DNA of 64,000 nucleotides, from IMG/VR virus record IMGVR_UViG_3300020438_000021, positions 1-64,000 of that record, one strand, 5' to 3'. The translations under genes and the position numbers were made by a program. Of the stretch, positions 54,531 through 64,000 are shown in pieces. The first letter of the stretch is position 1, and every line of letters begins with the position of its first letter. This DNA comes from a virus. The notes under the pieces were generated by a model, which worked only from the letters and a program-made list of their open reading frames with translations, ran no database searches and was not told the DNA's origin.

Positions 54531-54953
54531 AAGCCAACAGCAGCGCACTTAAAGTCGCAATTTATTTTTACCTCCTAGTGCAGAAAGTAAACTATATGCT
54601 TCTAGTAGATGACCGTTTAATAAATGAAATAGTGAATGCCCCAATAGAAATCAATCTAATGCCAATATCATTGGCTCTATTGTTTCTCACTGTTGGCTGT
54701 GGATTAGCCTATCTAAAATGGGGTGTGAAACATGAGTAAAACAAACAGTGTAATGTTTCTAAAATGCTTAGATGAGATGTTCAAAGAGTGGGATGAAACT
54801 GAATGATTATATGGGAACTGTGTTACGGTCTTTGGTGTTGGGGTAGATTCAAACCATGAAACCATTCATCGGAGTATGCATAACCTGTGAGTGGTTTAGA
54901 CCAATAGAATATTCTAGGTTCGGTTGTTTCTGCTCTTATTGTGGTGCGTATGT

Positions 54954-55235
54954 ATGAAACAGTGGCTAATTAGAAAATTGATTTCCTTCATGGGTCATAC
55001 CTATGTTTGGTTGGATAAAAAACTAGACCATCCTGAAGGACCAGTTCTAGGTTTGAAGATTGATGATGACTTTGCTGCAATGAGTAGATATGAATTGTGC
55101 TGCCATATAGAAGATAAGTTTGGATTAGACAGAGACTCCTTTTGGAAGTTAGAGTCAACACAGAAAATTCGCTACTGCTGTCAAACCGCTAGAAACATAC
55201 TGACTCCTAAAAAGGGAAGAAGAAAGAAGGCTTAG
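54954..55235 (+). CDS. hypothetical protein
   Basis: ORF track; start MKQW. Confidence 0.55.
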   Translation: MKQWLIRKLISFMGHTYVWLDKKLDHPEGPVLGLKIDDDFAAMSRYELCCHIEDKFGLDRDSFWKLESTQKIRYCCQTARNILTPKKGRRKKA

Positions 55236-55576
55236 TTTCCATTCAGTGTTCTACCCAAAGGTGATTGTGGGTCTATGAACATTATACCTCTTGGGTGATT
55301 CTGAAAGAAATCAGGCTGATATGGTTGATGTTGAGCATATGAGTTAGGCGGAGTATTACCGTATAGTTGTGCAAGGTTATCAGGCCAATCAAGCAATGCT
55401 TGTCTGTAATCAGTTAACTGCTGCTTCTCTTCATCTGTCAAGGAATTCCAAAGCATAGGTTTTGATTGGTAGTAATCTACATATGTCACCAGCATAAAGT
55501 CCCTAGATGCTCTAACCTTAGCCATAGCCTCTTCCATACTAATCGTTATCTCTTCTCCATGTTCTCCCATTGCCAC
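55232..55576 (-). CDS. tail fibre assembly chaperone-like protein
   Basis: R..RD.ML...D..Q...YRQALLDWP, downstream of a fibre gene. Confidence 0.7.
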   Translation of the reverse strand: MAMGEHGEEITISMEEAMAKVRASRDFMLVTYVDYYQSKPMLWNSLTDEEKQQLTDYRQALLDWPDNLAQLYGNTPPNSYAQHQPYQPDFFQNHPRGIMFIDPQSPLGRTLNGN

Positions 55577-55585
55577 CTAATCACC

Positions 55586-58500
55586 TCATGTCTCCCTGAA
55601 TGTTATTGCAGCCCTAACAGGACCAACCTGCGTATCAGTGTATCCTGACAATCCGGTTGCTCTCAAGTTGAATGTATCACCTGCTGAGTATGTAGTCCCG
55701 TTCCCACTGAAGGATGTAAATTCCTTTGAGAACTGATTACCACCACTTCCACTTGCATTGTATGTGAATGTGGTAGTTGATGCAGACCTGTTTTTGAATA
55801 CTGTAATCGTCTGATTGGAGGAGTTCGTTTCACTTCCGTTATTCCCAAAGGACAGATGTATGCTGACTAACTCACAATCTTTTGGTATAGGGAAACCAAT
55901 ATCAGAGCCTGAAGAACTCCGAGTTGTGTTTTGTTCTGCGTCACCATAGCCCAAGAAGAATCCATTTGCATTTCCTGCTCCTGCCGTTGATGTAACGTAA
56001 AAGTCTCCTTCGGCAGCATTTATGACAAACTCCCTATCAGCAGGAGTAGATAACTTCCTGATGCTGATTTGCGATTGGTTAACCTCAGTTGAGATGTTTG
56101 TATTCTGCTGTGCATCTATTCTTATCCTGATGTAATCGTTAGCAGTATGCTGATAGATGAAAGAGGCAGAAAGACCTGAACCACCGGAAGCCTCTCTTGT
56201 GTAGACCTGTGACCTTGACTGTGTGATAGTTGTGAGGTTAGAAGAAAAGGAATCGTTGCTCGCAGTCTGAGCGAAGGCGAATATCCTTGTTCTGTCAGCC
56301 CCAGTGCTACCATCATCATTAATGGGAAGGCTGTAAGAAACCTCATAGTATCCAGCATCAACGATTCTGATATGTCCATCAGCACCTTTCGATGCGTTGC
56401 CTGAAGGGTCTAATACCTCAGTATCGAATGGTATGGTTCGCTCTGTTAGGTCTACATCGGTGTTTCCACTGTCCATATACACAACAGGCTTCGACCCGTC
56501 ACTCTCTGCACTACTTCCTCCACCTGCGTTTGCATCTACATACGCCTTGACAGATTGTTGTGTCGGTACTCTTGAAGCGGAGTTTGAAGCCATGTTGTCT
56601 TCGTCAATTGCTGCAAGGACTGAGTTACCTGCTACTAGCAAATCGTTGAAGTGTCCTTCTGACCATCGCTTTCCATCTTGTCCAAGTGCAACAACTCCAT
56701 TACCACCCGGTCTGATTATAGTATCTTGAATTATGAACTGAACAGTATTGTCTATCGCAAAAGACATGTTATTATCAGTTGCAAAATCAATGTAGGCATC
56801 GGATGCTCCATAACCTACTTTCAACGAGGAGTTCAGAATAGAAGTAATGCCTGTTTGTGCTGCCGTTACTGCCATATCATTTGCATTAGCGGTTATACCA
56901 GTTCCACCAATTACATTGAGTGTAGCAGAACCACTTGATGCTCCACCAGTTAAACCAGTACCTGCTACAACTGCGGTAATATCACCACTACCACCTGCAC
57001 TAGCAACAAGGTCAATTGTACCATCAGCATCCTGATACGTTGCAGTAATGTTAGTCTCAGTGTTACTAGAGAACATCGCACCTACGATATCTTGCACTTG
57101 TTCAGTAGTAAGATTAGTATTTGTATCAGTAGTATAGCCATAAGCCTCAATCTTCTCCTTGATTGCTTGAGAAGTCATTAGGGAAGTGTCATTATCGGAG
57201 AAAGAAGTGTTGATTGTAGTGACTCTAGCACCAGTTCCAACCTGCAAACCTGAATCGCTTATGTTCATCCTAGCAGTTGAACCAGTGTTGAAGGACTGAG
57301 TATCTGTACCAAATGTGATAGTGTTATTCGTATCTCCGGTGTGGACAATACCAGTTGAAGTTGAAATGAATCCATTTACATCTAGTGGGAAAGCAGGACT
57401 CGTAGTGCCTATTCCGATATTACCACCATCAGTTAATATTGACAGACGTGCTATCGAATTATCTGTATAATCTTCTGCGGCATTGTAACTGGACATGGGG
57501 CTGCTTGTTCCTGCGGATAATTCTAACCTGCCTCTTCCATACGCATCAGTAGCGACAAACCTAACGCCAGCACCTATCCTACTACCTGTCTGTCCCGATG
57601 AGTCCTCGTTATTGTAGAACAACAGAGAGCCTATCTTGTCATCAGCAGCATAATCAGAATCTCTAGCATTGAGTAAGATAGTGGGGTTATTGGTAGCAGT
57701 GACATCAAGTAACGCTCTAGGAGTAGTAGTACCTATTCCGAGCCTACCCACATTTGTTAGTCTCATTTTTTCTGTTGCGGCTTCTGATGTTGCCGTCTTG
57801 AAAACTAAAGCCGCAGTGTTAGCAGTATCGGTAAAGTTTGCTTCTGCAACCGCAGAAACGGAAGCGGCTACTAATCTCGCATCTCCATCTGTGCCGTCCC
57901 CTTCACTACCTGCTGCCCACTCTATAACACCCAAATCATCTGTATCGCTTACTGTGGTGTCACCCGTAGACAATCTGATTATCGGGTCTGCTGACGCACT
58001 TCCATAGAACGTAGTTCTCATTGAGCCATCGAATTGCATTCTATCTGAGTTTGCTGATACGATGAAGAAGTCGTCACTGCTTGTTGTTCCTATCTTTCCG
58101 CCCCAAGTTTCTGCCCACATCTTTACAGTAGCATTACTTGAGCCATTGGTATTGTAAACTTGAACAAAGGTAGGGGCTAATGTTGCCAAATCTGTTGAAT
58201 CATTAATAAATAGTGAACCACTAAGTTGTATGTCACCTGCTACATCTAATTCTTTAGCAGGAGTTGAAGTTCCTATTCCGAGTTTACCATCATTGAGGAG
58301 ATACATTTTCGTTGTACCTCCTGCTTGGAAGAAGATATCATCATCAGCATGTAGAGTCAAGTCATCACTTGCAGCCAATGTGACATCAGTTCCAGTCGAG
58401 TTCCAACCCAAGAAGGATGTTGCATCATCTACACTCAGGTATACTTTACCTGCTGTGCCAGTGACTCCTACTTCTAAGTCGCTTCCTACTATGACCTTGT

Positions 58501-61500
58501 TATTGACAGCATCCAAGTCAAGCATCTTGACATGAGCAGAACCACTGTGGGCATACAACTCCAAGTTGTCAGAACCGTTGTATGTCTTGATGTATCCCGG
58601 TCCTGAGCCATAGCCGAGGAATAGACCATTCATGGTGGCAAAGCCATCAGCAGTAAGTAATGCTGAACCTGCTTGGTTAACATTTCCAACGCTTATCGAA
58701 CCAGTGTATTTCACGTTGTCATCGGTCTGTGTTCCGAATACTATGTCTCCACCTAAGTCTGAGTTAAGTGCAGCGACAACCTCTGCATCACTCAGTTGTG
58801 TATTTGTGTTAGTTATCGCTCCTGTTGCTGCACCAAGGTATCCCCATTGTGCTGCTGATATCGTTGTAGAACCTATGTTCTCTAACTGCGCTCCCTCTGC
58901 TGCTGTTAAGTTGGATATCTCAGTGACCTTGCTTGCTGTTATAGTAGGAATGTTAGATGCTGACAAACCACCATCGAGTATGTTTATCTCAGCAAGTGAG
59001 GCAGTTATTCCTAGATTCGTTAATGCATTACCTTGTTGAGTTGAAGTTAATCCTTGATTGCTGACATCTACTCTCAATCTGTTTCCTAGAGAAGTTGCAG
59101 TTGTGGTTGAGAATGATGCATCATCTCCTAACGCTGCTGCAAGTTCATTTAGAGTGTTAAGTGCTGAAGGTGCTGAAGCAACGATTCCTGCTACCTCTGC
59201 ATCAACGTATGCCTTGATAGATTGCTGGCTCGCTGCGGCTGTTGCACTATTGGAACTCATGTTGTCTTGGTCAAGAAGAGTCAATTGTGTATTTGCTGTC
59301 ATATCGTCTACAACAAAATTGATTCTACCGTTAGTATCATCATAGGAGACTCCTATTCTTGTTTCTGTTCCAACAAGCATACCACCTACAATGTCTTGAA
59401 CCTGCTCAGTAGAGAGTTGTGTGTTAGTATTCGCCGTCATATCATCTACGACTAAATCGATAGTCCCGTCACCATCTTGATATGTGGCTGATACTCTCGT
59501 TTCGGTATTGCTACTAAACATAGCACCAACTATATCTTGTACCTGTTCTGTGCTTAATTGAGTATCTGTGTTAGTAATTGCTCCCGATGCCGCACCTAAG
59601 TAGCCCCATTGTGCTGCGGAGATTGTTGTTGAGCCTATATTTTCTAATTGCGCCCCTTCATCTGCTGTTAAGTTACTTAATTCAGTTACTTGTGATATAG
59701 CAATTGTTTTGTTGCTTAAGGTCTGAGAACCCGATAGTGTAGCAACTGTATTATCAATAGCAACTGTTACTGTATCTGTATTACCAACTACTGTATCTAT
59801 TCCTGTTCCACCCGCAATATCTAATGTATTACCATGTGCGATAGTTTGGTTAGTACCGGAATCTCCTGTTAAGGTAAAAGTAGTTAATTGATTTGTATTA
59901 GTATTAGCAGTCATATCATCCACTACCAAATCGATAGTGCCATCTCCGTCTTGGTAGGTAGCACTTATCCTAGTCTCAGTATTTGAACCGAACATCGCTC
60001 CTACAATGTCCTGCACCTGTTCTGTTGAGAGTTGAGTATTGTCATTAGCAGTCATATCGTCTACTACCAAATCAATTGTTCCGTCACCATCCTGATACGT
60101 TGCACTTATTCTTGTCTCGGTGTTTGAACCGAACATTCCTCCGACTATATCTTGAACCTGTTCTGTGGTAAGTTGAGTGTTAGTGTTGGCAGAATTAAGA
60201 GTTATCGAATCCCCGCTTGTAGTAATTGTCATCCCACCAGCCGCCACCAGCGTTAGAGTATCAGTTGTTGAGTCAGCCGCAGCAGTCGTTTGCCCACTTA
60301 CTGCCACATTGCTGAAGGCATTCTGATTGTTCTCTCCACCTGCACCTGCTGCTACAAGAGTGAAGCCTCCACTTGTATCATCATAACTTAGTAAATAATT
60401 ATCAGTAGAAGAGTTTGCAGTATTTGTTGTACTTATTTTGGCTGCTGTGATAGCGTCATCAGCAATTCTTGCAGTTGCGAAAGTTCCCGAAGTTATTTTG
60501 CTTGCAGCAAGACTTGGTATTCTAGCAGTTCCTAGTGTTCCACTTGTTATTTTGGAAGACGCTAAGTTTGGTATATCACTTGCTGCAAGCCCATCGTCTA
60601 GTATGTTTATTTCTGCTAAGGAAGCGGTAATACCTAGATTTGTTAGGGCATTTCCTTGTTGGGTTGAAGTAAGTCCTTGATTACTAACGTCAACTCTTAA
60701 TCTGTTTCCTAACGATGTAGCGGTTGTTGTGGAGAAAGAAGCATCGTCACCAAGAGCAGCAGCGAGTTCGTTCAAGGTATTGAGAGCAGATGGTGATGAG
60801 TCTACTAGTCCTGCAACTTCGCTATCGACATATGCCTTTATTGACTGTTGACTAGCAGCAGCAGTTGCACTATTAGTTGCAAAATTATCTTCGTCAAGTA
60901 ATGTCAATTGAGTGTTTGCTGTCATGTCATCTACTACGAAATTAATCCTACCATTTGTATCATCATAAGTAACGCCGATTCTTGTTTCAGTACCTACTAA
61001 CATTGCACCTACAATATCTTGAACTTGTTCTGTGGATAATTGTGTATTCGTATCAGCAGTCATGTCGTCAACGACTAAATCTATTGTTCCATCTCCATCT
61101 TCGTATGTTGCAGATACCCTAGTCTCCGTGTTGCTTGTGAACATAGCACCGACAATATCCTGAACTTCTTCAGTTGTTAGTTGGGTATTGGTATCTGTGG
61201 CAGCAAGTGTTAGTGTTCCCGCCGCATCATCATACGTTTTGGTTATGTTAGAACCTGCTACGATTACACCTGCTACAAAGTCCTCGACTTGCTCTTGGGT
61301 TAGTTGGGTATTCGTATCTGTTGATACGAAGTTTAACTTACCACCTGTATCATCATAAGTCACTGCAATATTGGTTTCTGTTCCTCCATCTACCATTGCC
61401 CCAATTATGTCTTGAACGTTTTCAGTAGTGAGAATAGTATCAGTGGTGAATGTGAGATTGCTCTGCATGTATGATTGCAGTACACTGACATCCATTCTCT

Positions 61501-61843
61501 TCAATGTACCAGCATCACTGAGAACCAATTCATCAGTAGAATCAAGCCCACTAGTCAATGCTGTTTGTCCTGTAATATCCCCTATCACGAAGTTGGATGC
61601 TCCTGAAGAAGCAAAGTTCTGTGCTGCTATGTAGTCGAAAACTGCATCACCAGTGACTAGGTTAGCATTACCATCAGCAACTGAGCCAGTTGTTGCGGCT
61701 ATCGTGGAATCAAATGACAAAGTTCCATCGTCATTGATTGTGATTGTCTTCGTAGCGTTATCAGCACCAGTTACCTCTATCTTTGGGTTTGCACTCTGTC
61801 CGGTGTTTGGCGTAATTAGAATGTCCTTATCTGAGTTAGCCAT
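55586..61843 (-). CDS. long tail fibre / adhesin (2085 aa)
   Basis: Repeats QLxTEQVQDIVGAM...TY.D.DG.IDLV, LNTLNELAAALGDD and GIGTTTP; C1q/TNF-like C-terminal region. Confidence 0.85.
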   Translation of the reverse strand: MANSDKDILITPNTGQSANPKIEVTGADNATKTITINDDGTLSFDSTIAATTGSVADGNANLVTGDAVFDYIAAQNFASSGASNFVIGDITGQTALTSGLDSTDELVLSDAGTLKRMDVSVLQSYMQSNLTFTTDTILTTENVQDIIGAMVDGGTETNIAVTYDDTGGKLNFVSTDTNTQLTQEQVEDFVAGVIVAGSNITKTYDDAAGTLTLAATDTNTQLTTEEVQDIVGAMFTSNTETRVSATYEDGDGTIDLVVDDMTADTNTQLSTEQVQDIVGAMLVGTETRIGVTYDDTNGRINFVVDDMTANTQLTLLDEDNFATNSATAAASQQSIKAYVDSEVAGLVDSSPSALNTLNELAAALGDDASFSTTTATSLGNRLRVDVSNQGLTSTQQGNALTNLGITASLAEINILDDGLAASDIPNLASSKITSGTLGTARIPSLAASKITSGTFATARIADDAITAAKISTTNTANSSTDNYLLSYDDTSGGFTLVAAGAGGENNQNAFSNVAVSGQTTAAADSTTDTLTLVAAGGMTITTSGDSITLNSANTNTQLTTEQVQDIVGGMFGSNTETRISATYQDGDGTIDLVVDDMTANDNTQLSTEQVQDIVGAMFGSNTETRISATYQDGDGTIDLVVDDMTANTNTNQLTTFTLTGDSGTNQTIAHGNTLDIAGGTGIDTVVGNTDTVTVAIDNTVATLSGSQTLSNKTIAISQVTELSNLTADEGAQLENIGSTTISAAQWGYLGAASGAITNTDTQLSTEQVQDIVGAMFSSNTETRVSATYQDGDGTIDLVVDDMTANTNTQLSTEQVQDIVGGMLVGTETRIGVSYDDTNGRINFVVDDMTANTQLTLLDQDNMSSNSATAAASQQSIKAYVDAEVAGIVASAPSALNTLNELAAALGDDASFSTTTATSLGNRLRVDVSNQGLTSTQQGNALTNLGITASLAEINILDGGLSASNIPTITASKVTEISNLTAAEGAQLENIGSTTISAAQWGYLGAATGAITNTNTQLSDAEVVAALNSDLGGDIVFGTQTDDNVKYTGSISVGNVNQAGSALLTADGFATMNGLFLGYGSGPGYIKTYNGSDNLELYAHSGSAHVKMLDLDAVNNKVIVGSDLEVGVTGTAGKVYLSVDDATSFLGWNSTGTDVTLAASDDLTLHADDDIFFQAGGTTKMYLLNDGKLGIGTSTPAKELDVAGDIQLSGSLFINDSTDLATLAPTFVQVYNTNGSSNATVKMWAETWGGKIGTTSSDDFFIVSANSDRMQFDGSMRTTFYGSASADPIIRLSTGDTTVSDTDDLGVIEWAAGSEGDGTDGDARLVAASVSAVAEANFTDTANTAALVFKTATSEAATEKMRLTNVGRLGIGTTTPRALLDVTATNNPTILLNARDSDYAADDKIGSLLFYNNEDSSGQTGSRIGAGVRFVATDAYGRGRLELSAGTSSPMSSYNAAEDYTDNSIARLSILTDGGNIGIGTTSPAFPLDVNGFISTSTGIVHTGDTNNTITFGTDTQSFNTGSTARMNISDSGLQVGTGARVTTINTSFSDNDTSLMTSQAIKEKIEAYGYTTDTNTNLTTEQVQDIVGAMFSSNTETNITATYQDADGTIDLVASAGGSGDITAVVAGTGLTGGASSGSATLNVIGGTGITANANDMAVTAAQTGITSILNSSLKVGYGASDAYIDFATDNNMSFAIDNTVQFIIQDTIIRPGGNGVVALGQDGKRWSEGHFNDLLVAGNSVLAAIDEDNMASNSASRVPTQQSVKAYVDANAGGGSSAESDGSKPVVYMDSGNTDVDLTERTIPFDTEVLDPSGNASKGADGHIRIVDAGYYEVSYSLPINDDGSTGADRTRIFAFAQTASNDSFSSNLTTITQSRSQVYTREASGGSGLSASFIYQHTANDYIRIRIDAQQNTNISTEVNQSQISIRKLSTPADREFVINAAEGDFYVTSTAGAGNANGFFLGYGDAEQNTTRSSSGSDIGFPIPKDCELVSIHLSFGNNGSETNSSNQTITVFKNRSASTTTFTYNASGSGGNQFSKEFTSFSGNGTTYSAGDTFNLRATGLSGYTDTQVGPVRAAITFRET

Positions 61844-63999
61844 TAGTATTCAACCTCCATCTTTCCAACATCCTTTCTCTCACCATGTATTATGTAGAAG
61901 CAGTCAACACCCTCGTCTGCGGCATTACCTACGAACACACGATTGTCTTCTATCTTTTCTACATATAACATTTGGAACTCACCATTTGCAGTTAATTGTA
62001 CTGTGATTGTATCTTCATCAACTAGTTCCTTCCAATACTCAGGAAGTTCGATTGATACACCCATATTGTCACTACCTGTTATTCTACCTCTATGATATAC
62101 ACCATGTTCCGGTCCTTCAAGAGAACCGTGTTGTAGTGTCTTACCTTCTTGTGTTGGGTGTGGAATAACGAAAGACTTGGTTTGTGCAGCGAATGAGCCT
62201 TCTACTTGTAGTTTGTATCCGGGGGTTGCTGTACCAATACCAACACGATTGTTGGTCGTATCTATCTTAAATGTGGTAGTGTCTACTACTACATCTCCTG
62301 ATACAGTTAGAGCAGATAATGTTCCAACACTTGTTATTCCTGACTGTGCTGCGTCAACATTCAATGTATCTCCACTTAGAGTTATTCCTGTTCCAGCAGT
62401 TAGGTTAGTATCATCTGAGATATCTATTGGGTCTACTGTAATTGTCTGACCACTGATACTTAGGTAGTTTCCACTACCTGTGAGTGTGACGTTTGTTGAG
62501 TTATCAGTTCCAGCAGCATCGACTCCTAATGCACTTCTAGCCGCAGATGCAGAAGTTGCTCCTGTTCCCCCTAGTGTAAGAGGCACAGTTCCGGCAGTTA
62601 TTGCCTGACCTGATAGACTGAGATAGTTGTTTGATACAGTTGCAAGAGTCACATTTGTTGAGTTATCAGTCCCTGCGACATCTACATTCAAATTTGTTCT
62701 TGCATTGGATTGCTGTGTTCCACTAAGTCCTTGAGAAGCGGTGTCTACTCTCAGTCTGTTACCTAGTGCGGTTGTAATAGTGTTTGAGAAGTTAGCATCA
62801 TCGTTGATTGAGGCTGCTAGTTCGTTCAGTGTATTCAACGCAGCAGGAGCAGAATCTACTAGACTTGCTACCTCAGTGTCAACATAAGCCTTGATTGATT
62901 GTTGAGTAGCAAGATGTGTTGCTGAGTTAGAAGCCATATTGTCTTCGTCTTTCACTGGAACTACGAAGTCAAGCGTTCCATCTCCATCTTCATATGTGAC
63001 ACTAATGAATGTCTCAGTGTTACCTGTAACCATTCCACCAACGAAATCCTCTACATTTTCTTGAGACAATTGAGTATTGGTGTTAGTAGAACTGAAATTC
63101 AACTTACCGTTTGTGTCATCATAAGTTACAGTCATGTTGGTCTCAGTATTACTGCTTACCATAGCACCTACGATATCTTCTACCTGTTCTGTTGTCAACT
63201 GAGTATTAGTGTCAGTGGATGCTATTGTTAGTGTGCCGCTTGCGTCATCATAAGTCTTAGATACATTGCTTCCTGCTACTACTAAGTTAGCAACAATATC
63301 TTCAATTTCCTCTTGTGTTTTTCCAGTGGAAGCGATGGTTAGAGTACCTGCTGAATCATCATATGTTTTGGTTATGTTAGTTCCAGCAACAATTACCCCG
63401 TTCACGAAGTCTTCTACTTGCTCTTGAGTTAGTTGAGTGTTAGTGTTAGTATCAGTAGATGCGATAGTAACTGCTCCATTACTTTCAGTAATAGTTACAT
63501 TAGAACCAGCAGTAAATGCTAGTGTCTCACTACTTGCTAAGGTGTTACCACCTGCTGTAACTGTTCTCACCGCAGTAATGTATGAATCTAAATCACTTAT
63601 TTGTGATTCAGTAATTGACAATGCTGCTTGGTGTTGTGTTACGCTTCCCGCAGATATTCTTGCATTAGCAAATGTTCCTGAAGTAACCTTACTAGTGGCA
63701 AGACTCGGTATCCTTGCAGTACCTAAAGTACCGCTTGTTATCTTAGAAGCAGCAAGACTTGGTATGTCGCTTGCAGATAATCCGCCATCTAGTATGTTTA
63801 TCTCTGCTAGACTTGCTGTTATTCCTAAGTTTGTTATTGCGTTACCTTGTTGTGTTGCCGATAGTCCCTGACTGTTGGTATCTACTCTAAGTCTATTACC
63901 TAATGAAGTAGAAGTGGTAGTTGCAAAGTTAGCGTCATCTCCTAGAGCAGCCGCTAGTTCATTTAATGTGTCTAAAGCAGCAGGAGCGGAAGAAATTAC
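61843..63999 (-). CDS. tail fibre protein; 5' end lies beyond the right window edge
   Basis: Frame stays open past 63621 to the edge (SSAPAALDTLNELAAALGDD...); same repeats; C-terminal KSFVIPHP...LEGPE..VYHRG...LPEYW domain. Confidence 0.85.
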   Translation of the reverse strand, partial: VISSAPAALDTLNELAAALGDDANFATTTSTSLGNRLRVDTNSQGLSATQQGNAITNLGITASLAEINILDGGLSASDIPSLAASKITSGTLGTARIPSLATSKVTSGTFANARISAGSVTQHQAALSITESQISDLDSYITAVRTVTAGGNTLASSETLAFTAGSNVTITESNGAVTIASTDTNTNTQLTQEQVEDFVNGVIVAGTNITKTYDDSAGTLTIASTGKTQEEIEDIVANLVVAGSNVSKTYDDASGTLTIASTDTNTQLTTEQVEDIVGAMVSSNTETNMTVTYDDTNGKLNFSSTNTNTQLSQENVEDFVGGMVTGNTETFISVTYEDGDGTLDFVVPVKDEDNMASNSATHLATQQSIKAYVDTEVASLVDSAPAALNTLNELAASINDDANFSNTITTALGNRLRVDTASQGLSGTQQSNARTNLNVDVAGTDNSTNVTLATVSNNYLSLSGQAITAGTVPLTLGGTGATSASAARSALGVDAAGTDNSTNVTLTGSGNYLSISGQTITVDPIDISDDTNLTAGTGITLSGDTLNVDAAQSGITSVGTLSALTVSGDVVVDTTTFKIDTTNNRVGIGTATPGYKLQVEGSFAAQTKSFVIPHPTQEGKTLQHGSLEGPEHGVYHRGRITGSDNMGVSIELPEYWKELVDEDTITVQLTANGEFQMLYVEKIEDNRVFVGNAADEGVDCFYIIHGERKDVGKMEVEY

Positions 64000-64000
64000 T

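Noticed and set aside
55586-63999. Diversity-generating retroelement acting on the fibres
   Set aside because: No reverse transcriptase in the window; repeat differences are synonymous rather than adenine-specific.

Overview
This 64-kb window looks like a large part of a head-tailed dsDNA virus of Euryarchaeota. Its gene content and GGTGA/GGAGG ribosome-binding sites best fit a magrovirus of marine group II Poseidoniales; this is inferred from sequence, with no database search. Left arm (1-19.8 kb, minus strand): head and packaging module with a second ATP-dependent ligase-like gene, portal, a LAGLIDADG-domain protein, TerL, a TerS candidate, two GNAT-like proteins and many small or large hypothetical proteins. 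About 15 of these carry a shared W-x-x-[ILVT]-[LVI]-K peptide tag. 20-24 kb: small accessory genes, each behind a repeated structured promoter element. 24.0-24.4 kb: AT-rich, iteron-like candidate origin at the strand switch. 24.75-25.3 kb: hairpin-rich intergenic region, a candidate ncRNA. 24.4-55.2 kb (plus strand): class II RNR, viral TFB, ATP ligase, RFC small and large, RPA/SSB, AAA_24-like ATPase, PCNA, split PolB, Cas4-like nuclease, primase, ERCC4 nuclease, MCM-like helicase and DEDD exonuclease. The same arm carries a candidate viral ubiquitin-like system: Ubl ending VVGG-Y, E1/ThiF, JAB/JAMM protease and a possible divergent E2. Right end (55.2-64 kb, minus strand): tail-fibre chaperone and two repeat-rich fibre proteins. 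The top candidates for novel systems are the ubiquitin-like module, the WxxILK capsid-targeting-like tag, the covarying hairpin promoter cassettes and a tandem PIP-box micro-protein.
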